64,000 nt of DNA, taken from positions 5,841-69,840 of the forward strand of contig JBBQPO010000001.1 of assembly GCA_038217285.1 (NCBI GenBank), written 5' to 3'. Below, in pieces: positions 9,197 to 16,998 of the stretch (its first letter is position 1; the number at the start of each line of letters is the position of its first letter). The stretch comes from Chthonomonadales bacterium. GTDB taxonomy: Bacteria; Armatimonadota; Chthonomonadetes; Chthonomonadales; Chthonomonadaceae. The notes beneath the pieces were generated by a model, which saw nothing but the letters and a program-made list of their open reading frames with translations, did no database searches and was not told the origin of the DNA. The translations under genes and the position numbers were made by a program.

Positions 9197-10743
9197 GAAC
9201 ACGGCGTCAGCCATCAAGACCGATTCGGCGTCGATCAAGAACCGTGCTCTGGCTGCTGTTGATGGGGTGGGCGCTGCTGGCGGGCGGGGATCGCGATCTG
9301 CGGGCGCAGACGCCGCCCGACTCGAAGGCGCACATCGTGCTCAGCACCGTCAGCGCGAACTACCGCGAGGGCCTGCTTCAACTGGCGCGAGAGTATGAGC
9401 AGAAACACCCTGACGTCTCGGTGACGATCCAGGTGCAGCCGGTCAACGGCTACGAGACGGTCCTGCGCACGCAGATCGAGAGCCACGCCGCCGGCGCGCC
9501 CGACATCTACAACGTCAACTATACCAACGGCTACTACGAGCGCGGACTGCTGGTGAACCTGACGCCGTTTCTCAAAGAGCGCAACCCCTCCACCGGCAAG
9601 CCGTGGCGTGACAACCTGGACGCGCAGTTCCTGGAGAAGTACAAGTCCGGCGGCGACGTCGCCACGATCCCCTTCGACTTCATCGAGGTCGCCTTCTTCT
9701 ACAACAGGCGTCTCTTCGACCGGCTCGGCCTGCAACCGCCCCGCACCTGGGAGGAGATGCTGGCGACGGCGGAGAAGATCCGGCAGGCGGGAATGATCCC
9801 GTTCGCGGTACCGGGCGACACCGACTCCTACTGGTCGGGCACGGTCGGATGGATCTTTCGCTTCTTTACCGACGCCTACCTGCGCGACACGGTACCGCAG
9901 GTGATGTCGCAGCCGGGTGACTGGGACTATGACCGCCGCAAGAATGGGTCTTTTCACCTGAATGTCGGAGACGCCTATAACGACGCGACGGTTGTCGTCA
10001 ACGCGGAGCGTCTGCTGGCCGCCGTGCGGGACCACAAGATCCGCATGGAGAGCCCGCGCTTCCGCGAAGCCTACACCAAAATCTTCGCGTTCGCGCAGTA
10101 CTGGCAGCCCGGCTTCAACGGCACCAGCGCGAACTCCGCGTACCAGTTGTTCCTCACCCAGAAAGCGGCGATGATGATCAACGCCTCGCCGACTATCGCG
10201 ACGCTGACACGCGACATGGACGATCTCTACCCACGGGACCGCTTCGACTGGGGGCTGTTCCCGGTGCCGCCCATGACGCAGTCGGCCTTCCACATTCCGC
10301 CGTTTCGAGGCGTGGGCGGCGCGGGCGTGGTGTTCGGGGTCGTGAAGAAGAGCGACGCGCAGACCCGGCGCGTCGTCGATTTCCTGATGTTCCTGACCTC
10401 GCCGCACGCCGCGCAGACCCTGGTGGCAGAGGCGACGAAGGCCCGGCAGCCGATCAACGGCCCCCTGCTGATTCCGGGCGCGGCGCTGCCGGAGGCGATC
10501 GCGCGCCGCTTCTCCGCCTTCGAACATCGGGGCTTCGAGAAGCTGAGCTTTCGCGGCCTGGCGGACGAACAGGAGTCGGTCTGGAAATGGACGGTCTGGG
10601 CGCAGCGCTATCTGGACGGCCGCATCTCCGTGGACGAGTGCCTGGCGCACTACCAGCAGGTGATGGACGAGGCGGCTCCCCGCGTCGCCCGTGAGATGAA
10701 CTACGATATGGACCCGCGGACGAAGGATCCGCCGAAGCCATGA
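9193..10743 (+). CDS. ABC transporter extracellular solute-binding protein (carbohydrate type)
   Basis: I chose the start MRTRRQPSRP... at 9193 (ATGA overlap with the upstream stop). A hydrophobic signal segment (VLWLLLMGWALLAGG) is followed by family-1 SBP-like sequence. Two permease genes follow. Confidence 0.8.
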   Translation: MRTRRQPSRPIRRRSRTVLWLLLMGWALLAGGDRDLRAQTPPDSKAHIVLSTVSANYREGLLQLAREYEQKHPDVSVTIQVQPVNGYETVLRTQIESHAAGAPDIYNVNYTNGYYERGLLVNLTPFLKERNPSTGKPWRDNLDAQFLEKYKSGGDVATIPFDFIEVAFFYNRRLFDRLGLQPPRTWEEMLATAEKIRQAGMIPFAVPGDTDSYWSGTVGWIFRFFTDAYLRDTVPQVMSQPGDWDYDRRKNGSFHLNVGDAYNDATVVVNAERLLAAVRDHKIRMESPRFREAYTKIFAFAQYWQPGFNGTSANSAYQLFLTQKAAMMINASPTIATLTRDMDDLYPRDRFDWGLFPVPPMTQSAFHIPPFRGVGGAGVVFGVVKKSDAQTRRVVDFLMFLTSPHAAQTLVAEATKARQPINGPLLIPGAALPEAIARRFSAFEHRGFEKLSFRGLADEQESVWKWTVWAQRYLDGRISVDECLAHYQQVMDEAAPRVAREMNYDMDPRTKDPPKP

Positions 10744-11633
10744 AGTGGCCCCTCCTGTTGTGGCGGCATCGCGCCTCCTATCTCTTTCTGCTGCCGACTT
10801 TTCTCTTTCTGGCGGTCTTCAACTATGTGCCTGCCCTCTCCGGGCTGGCCCACGCCTTTACGGAGTGGGAGACCGGCGGCACGGCGCACTGGATCGGCCT
10901 AGGCAACTTCCGGCAGATGGCGGGCGACGAGTTTCTGCGCCTGAGCATCGTCAACCAGCTCCTTCTGCTGATCGCCAATCTGGTCAAGACGCTGGTCTTT
11001 CCGCTGATCGCGGCGGAGATGCTGTTTCATCTGCGCTCGAAGCGCCTCCAGTATGCGCTGCGCACCGCGCTCCTGATTCCGATGGTGGTGCCCGGCATGG
11101 TAGGGGTGTTGCTCTGGGGGTTCATCTACGACCCGAACATCGGCCTGCTGAACCGGCTGCTGACGGCGGTCGGCCTCTCGTCGCTGACGCGGGCCTGGCT
11201 GGGGGACTGGCATACGGCGCTGCCAGCGGTCATCGGGGTAGGGTTTCCGTGGATCAGCGGGCTGGCGCTGCTGATCTATCTGGCGGGGCTGATCGCCATG
11301 CCGCAGGAGGTGCTCGACTCCAGCGCGGTGGACGGCGCGTCGGGGTTGCAGCGGATCTGGTCGGTGGACCTGCCGCTGATCCGGGGCCAGATGCGGCTGC
11401 TCGCGGCGCTGACCATCATCGGGACGCTCCAGGATTTCGGCAGCCTGCTGGTCCTGACCGGCGGTGGGCCGGGCCTGGCGACCCACGTTCCCGCCCTGCA
11501 CATGTACTACGAGGCGTTCCGCTTCGGGCACTATGGCTATGCGTCGGCCATCGGGTTCGTGCTGTTCCTGACGATTCTGGCGTTTACGGTCACGAACATG
11601 CGCTTCGGCCGTTCCACGGTCGAGAGGGGATAG
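10740..11633 (+). CDS. Carbohydrate ABC transporter permease (MalF/UgpA-like)
   Basis: Multi-TM protein with an EAA loop (LDSSAVDGASGLQRIWSVDLPLI). ATGA overlap with the SBP gene. Confidence 0.88.
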   Translation: MKWPLLLWRHRASYLFLLPTFLFLAVFNYVPALSGLAHAFTEWETGGTAHWIGLGNFRQMAGDEFLRLSIVNQLLLLIANLVKTLVFPLIAAEMLFHLRSKRLQYALRTALLIPMVVPGMVGVLLWGFIYDPNIGLLNRLLTAVGLSSLTRAWLGDWHTALPAVIGVGFPWISGLALLIYLAGLIAMPQEVLDSSAVDGASGLQRIWSVDLPLIRGQMRLLAALTIIGTLQDFGSLLVLTGGGPGLATHVPALHMYYEAFRFGHYGYASAIGFVLFLTILAFTVTNMRFGRSTVERG

Positions 11634-11646
11634 GGAGAGGCGCGTC

Positions 11647-12537
11647 GTGACCACAAAGATCAACTCAGTAAAGACGCGCAATGCGTTCGGTCAGGCCGCG
11701 CTCCTCGGCGGACTGCTGGCGCTGTTGGCGCTGGCGCTCGTGCCGTTCGTGATGATGGTGGGGATGTCTCTCAAGAGCAACGCGCAGATCTTCGCGCACT
11801 TCTGGGAGCCGCCCGCCCCGGCGCGCTGGGACTTCTACGGCAAAGCCTGGGATGCGCTGCACGGCTATATCTTCAACACCCTCGTCGTCGCGCTGGCGAC
11901 CGTGGCGGGCGTCCTGACGCTCTCCTCGCTCGCCGCGTACACCTTTGCACGGCACCGCTTTCCAGGGCGCGAAGCGCTCTACTACCTCATTCTCGCCCTG
12001 ATGATGATCCCCGGCGTCCTTACCCTGATCCCGACCTTTGCGCTGGTCAAATCGCTCGCCCTGCCGGAGATGCACCTCGGAAGCTGGTCTTTCGGTCCGT
12101 TCGCGCTCCTCAACACGCGCTGGGCGCTGATCCTGCCCTACATTTCGGGCGGACAGGTGCTGGGCATCGTCCTCTGCCGGGCCTTCCTACAGGGGCTGCC
12201 GGAGGAGATGTTCGAGGCCGCCCGCCTGGACGGGGCGAGCGAGTTCGAGATCTACCGCCGGATCGCCCTGCCTCTCTCCAAGCCCATCCTCGCTGCCCTC
12301 GCCATCACCACGACTCTGAGCGTCTACAACGACTACATATGGCCCCTCGTCACCCTCACCGACAACAACATCCAGACCTTCTCCGTCGGCGTCACCAAAT
12401 TCGCAGGCGAATACAATCTCGACTACGGCCCCACCCTCGCCGGATACGCCCTCGGCAGTCTGCCCCTCCTGCTCCTTTTCGCACTCGGCATGCGCCCCTA
12501 CCTCCAGGGCCTCACGGCCGGTGCCATCAAAGCCTGA
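11647..12537 (+). CDS. Carbohydrate ABC transporter permease (MalG/UgpE-like)
   Basis: GTG start. Multi-TM protein with the EAA loop MFEAARLDGASEFEIYRRIALPLSKP. Confidence 0.88.
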   Translation: MTTKINSVKTRNAFGQAALLGGLLALLALALVPFVMMVGMSLKSNAQIFAHFWEPPAPARWDFYGKAWDALHGYIFNTLVVALATVAGVLTLSSLAAYTFARHRFPGREALYYLILALMMIPGVLTLIPTFALVKSLALPEMHLGSWSFGPFALLNTRWALILPYISGGQVLGIVLCRAFLQGLPEEMFEAARLDGASEFEIYRRIALPLSKPILAALAITTTLSVYNDYIWPLVTLTDNNIQTFSVGVTKFAGEYNLDYGPTLAGYALGSLPLLLLFALGMRPYLQGLTAGAIKA

Positions 12538-12599
12538 CAGCCTTCCAACTCTATCCTTTCTCAAGCTTTCCGAAAGATCGAAAGAAGTTGACGATCCTG

Positions 12600-12912
12600 A
12601 GCGCGGAGGAAGTCGCGCTCACAGGCTCCGTTTTCCAGGTGGAGGATGAGAGGCTCGGGAAGATCTTGCGCGATCGCGGAGTAGCAGGAACCGCAGGCGA
12701 GGGCAATGGCAGCGACGGAAACCGCCACAATCACGACAACCTGCCCATTCTGCTGGCAGGCGGCGGGGCAAGGGCCATCAAACAGCAGGGCCAGCACCGC
12801 ACGTTCGCGCAGGACACGTTCCTCAACACTCTGTTCCTCTCTCCTGGACCGCATAGGCGTACACGCCGGATTGACAGGAGACAGCACAGGGCGCCTCATT
12901 ACCCTTATCTAA
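12600..12912 (+). pseudogene. Remnant of a DUF1552-family gene (C-terminal ~100 codons only, with a +1 frameshift)
   Basis: The frame containing 12711 reads SDGNRHNHDNLPILLAGGG...DTFLNTLFLS, the hallmark DUF1552 motif. The expected continuation LLDRIGVHAGLTGDSTGRLITLI* lies in the next frame after the CT-run at ~12838-12846. The ~330 N-terminal codons are missing. The 5' boundary is approximate. Confidence 0.55.
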
Positions 12913-14020
12913 GTACTGCTCCCAGCAATAGGGGATCGGAAATCATGCTGCCATCGGTAATGCTTCAGAAGCTGGCTCTGACTTCTGGCATTTCGCCAGG
13001 ATCTTCTCGAAAGACTTTTGCGTCCAGCGGAAGGGATGGGCACGTTCATTCCACTCGCGAATGAACGCTTGGATGCGCTCCGACAGAGCGGCTTTGTCCG
13101 CGAAATCCACAATGCGCAGCCGTTGACGCTTGAGAATGCCGGACCACTGCTCCACCTGGTTCAGCCACGAGCAATGCACCGGAGGGTGATACCAGACAAA
13201 ACGCGGGTGACGCGAAAGCCATTCTTGGACTTACTTGCCCGTGTGCATCGGCACATTGTCCAAAACCACGCGGATCATGCGGATATTCTGTGGGATCTGC
13301 TCCTCCAACTGGTTCAAGAAGGCGATCAACTCGATCTGACGTTTGCGCTCGACCAGGTACCCATATACCTGCCCTGTGCGCGTATCAAACGCCGCCAACA
13401 GATTAAGAGCGCCCGCCCGCTTGTATTCGTGCTCCAGACGCACCGGTTGGTCAAAACTCGCCGCCAGGGTAGGCGAGAGACGAGGTCTGGGTTGGAGGTT
13501 GGTGTTCTCATCCAGACATAAAACCATCTCGTCCTCTGCCAGGGGAGCCGTGTAGAGCCAACGAATCTGTTTTACTCGCTCGGCAAAAGCCTGGTCGCGC
13601 GGTACCTTCGCCGACAGCCACATCTTGACGATATAATCATCCACCAGAGGGGGGGAAGAGGGCTTTCGCCCTCGTCCCGGTCGATCATAAAGTCCCTGAA
13701 GTCTTTGCTCCAGAAAGCGTTTGCCCCATTGGCGGACATGGACTTCGGTGAGTCCGACCGCCTTGGCGGTATGACTAAGTGGCATGCCCTGTGCCACCAA
13801 CCAGACTGCTTGGGAGCGGGTGACCAGTCCTGCGGGCAGAGAGGTAGAACGGGACCAACGCAGGGGTTGCTCGCGTTCTGGGTCGGTTAAAACAACGACC
13901 AGTGAGGTTTTTCGGCCTTGCATCGACGGCTCCTTGGGACCGCAGTGCGGAAAGATGCCACTATTATATCCGAAAATCGAGACATTGACAATTCCGACCC
14001 CCTATTGCTGGGAGCGGTAC
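12912..14020. mobile_element. IS630-family insertion sequence (~1.1 kb) flanked by TA
   Basis: 29-bp terminal inverted repeats GTACTGCTCCCAGCAATAGGGGATCGGAA (12913-12941) and the reverse complement of 13992-14020 (GTACCGCTCCCAGCAATAGGGGGTCGGAA), with 2 mismatches. TA (or TAA) lies on both flanks (12910-12911, 14021-14022). It encodes a DDE transposase. Confidence 0.85.
12943..13923 (-). pseudogene. IS630-family DDE transposase interrupted by a single in-frame TAA (13231-13233)
   Basis: The two ORFs (13231-13923 and 12943-13179) are in the same frame. Read-through gives ...VLDNVPMHTGK*VQEWLSRHPRFVWYHPPVHCSWLNQVEQW.... DDE candidates are DENTNLQ, VLDNVPMH and WLNQVEQW. There is an N-terminal HTH region. 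Confidence 0.8.
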
Positions 14021-14186
14021 TAAGCGATTGAGGCGGCAAACTCAGGTACAGAGACCCCACAAGGTGCGCTGCCCGTGTGCCGAATCAGCCTGCCCGGTGA
14101 CAATGGAAGTTCGCTGGGGACTGGCATCCTTACCGGCCCTTTGATGGCCTGTTTTGAGTGATTCGCAGAACAGTTATCGCGTTTCC

Positions 14187-14226
14187 AAGAGCCGAACAAA
14201 AAATTTGTTCGGCTCTTGTATTTTTG
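14187..14226 (+). terminator. Rho-independent terminator (probably the original terminator of the DUF1552 gene, displaced by the IS)
   Basis: Perfect 14-bp stem AAGAGCCGAACAAA / TTTGTTCGGCTCTT (14187-14217), followed by GTATTTTTG. Confidence 0.7.
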
Positions 14227-14387
14227 CGCCTGTCTGTCTCTCTACTTGTTACGCAAGGGCCAGGTTGACACTTGCGCTGGACCAAAATCCCCACAAGCGT
14301 CGAACGCAGACCTAGTTGACGCTTCGTGGCATCGGGTCGATGGATCCCCTGCCTTTGTCAAAAAACTTCTCGAAGAAAGAGGTACTT

Positions 14388-15785
14388 ATGAAATTCGTGA
14401 ATCTGAACAAGACGAACACCACACTGGCGGTCACCGCGCTTGTTGCCCTGTCCCTGGCAATGGCACAGACGGCCCAGGCCCAGTACGTCGCGGTCGATCT
14501 AACCCCGGCACCCGGCGTGCTCATGGCGCCTGCACAAGCTTATGGAGCCGATAACGGCCAGCAGGTTGGTTTCGGGTCGCTTGCGAATGGCAACTCTCAT
14601 GCGCTGCTCTGGCCCAGCAGCGCCATCGGTTTCGTAGACCTGCACCCCGGAGGAATGGTCTCTTCGCTGGCAGTCGGCATCGGCGACGGGCAGCAGGCCG
14701 GCTACGGCCTACTTTCCAACGGCAACTTCCATGCCCTCCTCTGGACCGGAAGCGCTGCCAGTGCTATCGATCTCAATCCGCCGAGTTGGGCGAGTCAGGC
14801 GTTCGCCGCAGCAGGTGGGCAGCAGGTCGGCTTCGGCACGCTGCTGGGCCATGTGCAGGGCCGCACAACCCAGGCTCCAGACCACGCCCTCCTCTGGGCG
14901 AGCAGCGCCACCAGCGTCGTCGATCTGCATCCGAGCCAATATGTGGATTCGCGGGCTCGCGGCGTCTCTCAGGGAACGCAAGTCGGCTACGGCGATGTCT
15001 CTGGACTGGGTCAGATAGACCCGCATGCGCTGCTATGGTACGGCAGCGCTCAGAGCGTCGTCGACCTGCATCCCGCCGGTTTTATCAACTCGGAAGCCTG
15101 GGCCGTTTCCGGCTCGCAGCAGGTCGGCTTCGCGACCCTTCCCAACGGCTCCATCACGCATGCTCTCCTCTGGGCGGGGAGCGCCGCCAGCGTGGTCGAT
15201 CTGCATCCAAGCGCTTATGTCTACTCGGCGGCCAGCGCCATCAATGGGGGAAAACAGGCCGGCTACGGCTTCGTGGCCGATCCGAACGCTCCTGTCTTGA
15301 TGGCTTCGGTGGGATTGACCGGTTATACGCATGCCCTGATATGGTCCGGCAGTGCCAACAGCGTTATCGACCTTAACCAGTTCCTGCCAGCCGGCTACAC
15401 CGATGCGGTCGCGTCCGGCGTGGACGCGCAGGGCAATATTGTCGGGGCTGCCAGCGGCCCGGCAACGCAGGGGGTCGCCCATGCCTTTCTCTGGAAGCCG
15501 GGTTCCTCCAGCATCGCTGGCCCGCCCACTCCCTCGGATGCGGTGGCCGTCACCAGGGCGGAGTATACGCTCTCGACAAAGGTCTTACTGGTGCAGGCAA
15601 CCAGCACCAACGCTACCGCGACATTGACGGTCTCTGTCACGTCGACCGGAACGCAGATCGGAACGCTTACCAATGTGGGAGGCGGCAAATACCAGTTTCA
15701 GGGCAGTTGGTCCACCAACCCCCTGAACGTCACCGTTAAGAGCAGTTTAGGCGGCTCTGCCAGCCTTACCGTCACCCTCAAGTAA
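14388..15785 (+). CDS. Secreted HAF-family repeat protein
   Basis: I chose the start MKFVNLNKTNTTLAVTALVALSLAMAQTAQAQ (signal peptide; RBS GAAAGAGG upstream). About seven ~47-aa repeats follow the pattern G..G..HALLW.GSA.S.VDLHP; the last repeat reads HAFLW. Confidence 0.8.
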   Translation: MKFVNLNKTNTTLAVTALVALSLAMAQTAQAQYVAVDLTPAPGVLMAPAQAYGADNGQQVGFGSLANGNSHALLWPSSAIGFVDLHPGGMVSSLAVGIGDGQQAGYGLLSNGNFHALLWTGSAASAIDLNPPSWASQAFAAAGGQQVGFGTLLGHVQGRTTQAPDHALLWASSATSVVDLHPSQYVDSRARGVSQGTQVGYGDVSGLGQIDPHALLWYGSAQSVVDLHPAGFINSEAWAVSGSQQVGFATLPNGSITHALLWAGSAASVVDLHPSAYVYSAASAINGGKQAGYGFVADPNAPVLMASVGLTGYTHALIWSGSANSVIDLNQFLPAGYTDAVASGVDAQGNIVGAASGPATQGVAHAFLWKPGSSSIAGPPTPSDAVAVTRAEYTLSTKVLLVQATSTNATATLTVSVTSTGTQIGTLTNVGGGKYQFQGSWSTNPLNVTVKSSLGGSASLTVTLK

Positions 15786-15905
15786 GACATTCTCCCAGGA
15801 GTCGATGCTCAAAAAAGAGAGCGGGGGGACACATCCGTTACCCCCTCTACCCTTCAGGAAACGCCCGTTCTCTCGTTTGAGAGCGGCAACCCCGACTACA
15901 CTGCC

Positions 15906-15968
15906 CGTCCTTTCCTGGGCTACCGCAAGATGGTGCTGCATCTGCGCAAGCAAGGACATCCCGTCAAC
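15906..15968 (+). pseudogene. Very short IS3-family transposase (OrfB N-terminal region) scar
   Basis: Translation RPFLGYRKMVLHLRKQGHPVN resembles the conserved (H)P.(Y/W)GYRR(I/M)...L...G..VN(KRV) segment that precedes the rve domain. No further similarity on either side. Confidence 0.3.
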
Positions 15969-15975
15969 ATAACAC

Positions 15976-16016
15976 TTACAAAAAGGCCGCCTGCGAAACT
16001 GATGCAGGTGGCCTTG
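15976..16016 (-). terminator. Rho-independent terminator of the DUF1080 gene
   Basis: 12-bp stem with 1 mismatch (15983-15994 and 16004-16015). On the minus strand it is followed by TTTTTG (A-run 15980-15984). Confidence 0.65.
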
Positions 16017-16046
16017 TTGTGTGAACTGGCTGCGGTTGGCGATGGC

Positions 16047-16859
16047 TTACGGCATAGGTGGATCAGCAGGTTTCGGGGCGGTCGATGGCAGGGCCGAAGA
16101 GTCCACGACCTCGACACCGTTCGGGCCGTTAACCGTATACTTCGTCTTCACGTAGATGTTCTTGAAGGAGGCGATGGTGTTGTCGCCGTGGCAGAGTTGG
16201 AAGCCGAGGGGGCCGCTCGCGAAGCCGCCAGGATCGTCGCCTTCGGCGGTCTTGACGCCGTTGAGGAAGAGGACGATGTGCGGGCCGTGCATGCGGATAT
16301 AGTAGTGGTTCCAGTCGTCCTTATGGAGGATCTTGTCGGCCTGCGCCTCGGGGAAATCGAAAATCTTCTTCTGGCGATGATGCTCGTCCCACAGGCAACC
16401 CCAGTAGCCCTGCCCCATGTCTACCTGATAGCCGGGGACATCGTCGAAGTTGACAGGGTGTATGCGGGCACAGACGCCGCTGTTGTAGCCGATCATCTTG
16501 ACATCGATATGCATCTCGAAATCACGGTAATCTTTGGCGGAGAACATATAGTGGTGATGCGGCGTGCTGCCGCCCTTGTCACCGACGATCGCGCCGTCCT
16601 TGACCTGCCAGTACTCCTTTTCGAAGAGCCATCCGTTCAGAGTCTTCCCATCGAACAGCGAAACCCAGCCTTTGGTGACGGGCTTACCGCTGACCGTCAT
16701 GCCTTCCGCGCTGTCGCCCCACTGCACGGCGTTTTTCCGCATCTTAACGTTTGGCTTGTGCGCCTTCACGACGGTATCTTGCGCATGGGAGACCGCCCAT
16801 GTTCCGGCGACCGCCAGCAGGCCGACGCTCAGCCCGAGCAGTCTCAAATTTGTTTGCAT
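16047..16859 (-). CDS. DUF1080 (3-keto-disaccharide hydrolase-like) secreted protein
   Basis: I chose the start MQTNLRLLGLSVGLLAVAGTWAVSHAQ (signal peptide) at 16859. Hallmark sequence GWVSLFDGKTLNGW...WQVKDGAIVG. Confidence 0.8.
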   Translation of the reverse strand: MQTNLRLLGLSVGLLAVAGTWAVSHAQDTVVKAHKPNVKMRKNAVQWGDSAEGMTVSGKPVTKGWVSLFDGKTLNGWLFEKEYWQVKDGAIVGDKGGSTPHHHYMFSAKDYRDFEMHIDVKMIGYNSGVCARIHPVNFDDVPGYQVDMGQGYWGCLWDEHHRQKKIFDFPEAQADKILHKDDWNHYYIRMHGPHIVLFLNGVKTAEGDDPGGFASGPLGFQLCHGDNTIASFKNIYVKTKYTVNGPNGVEVVDSSALPSTAPKPADPPMP

Positions 16860-16998
16860 CTTCGAAGCTCCTATGTTCGTGGGAGTTGGGAGGGGCGCGT
16901 CAATGATCCCGGGACGACGTTCGCGGCAGGCCACAGCGCCCTCTCTACATCGGTTCCTCACGGTGACGTTTCCCTGCTGTCTGTCGGGAAAGACGGCT

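Noticed and set aside
12561-12899. 112-aa minus-strand ORF between the ABC permease and the IS.
   Set aside because: The opposite strand carries the recognisable DUF1552 motif (NRHNHDNLPILLAGGG). The minus-strand ORF is a shadow frame.
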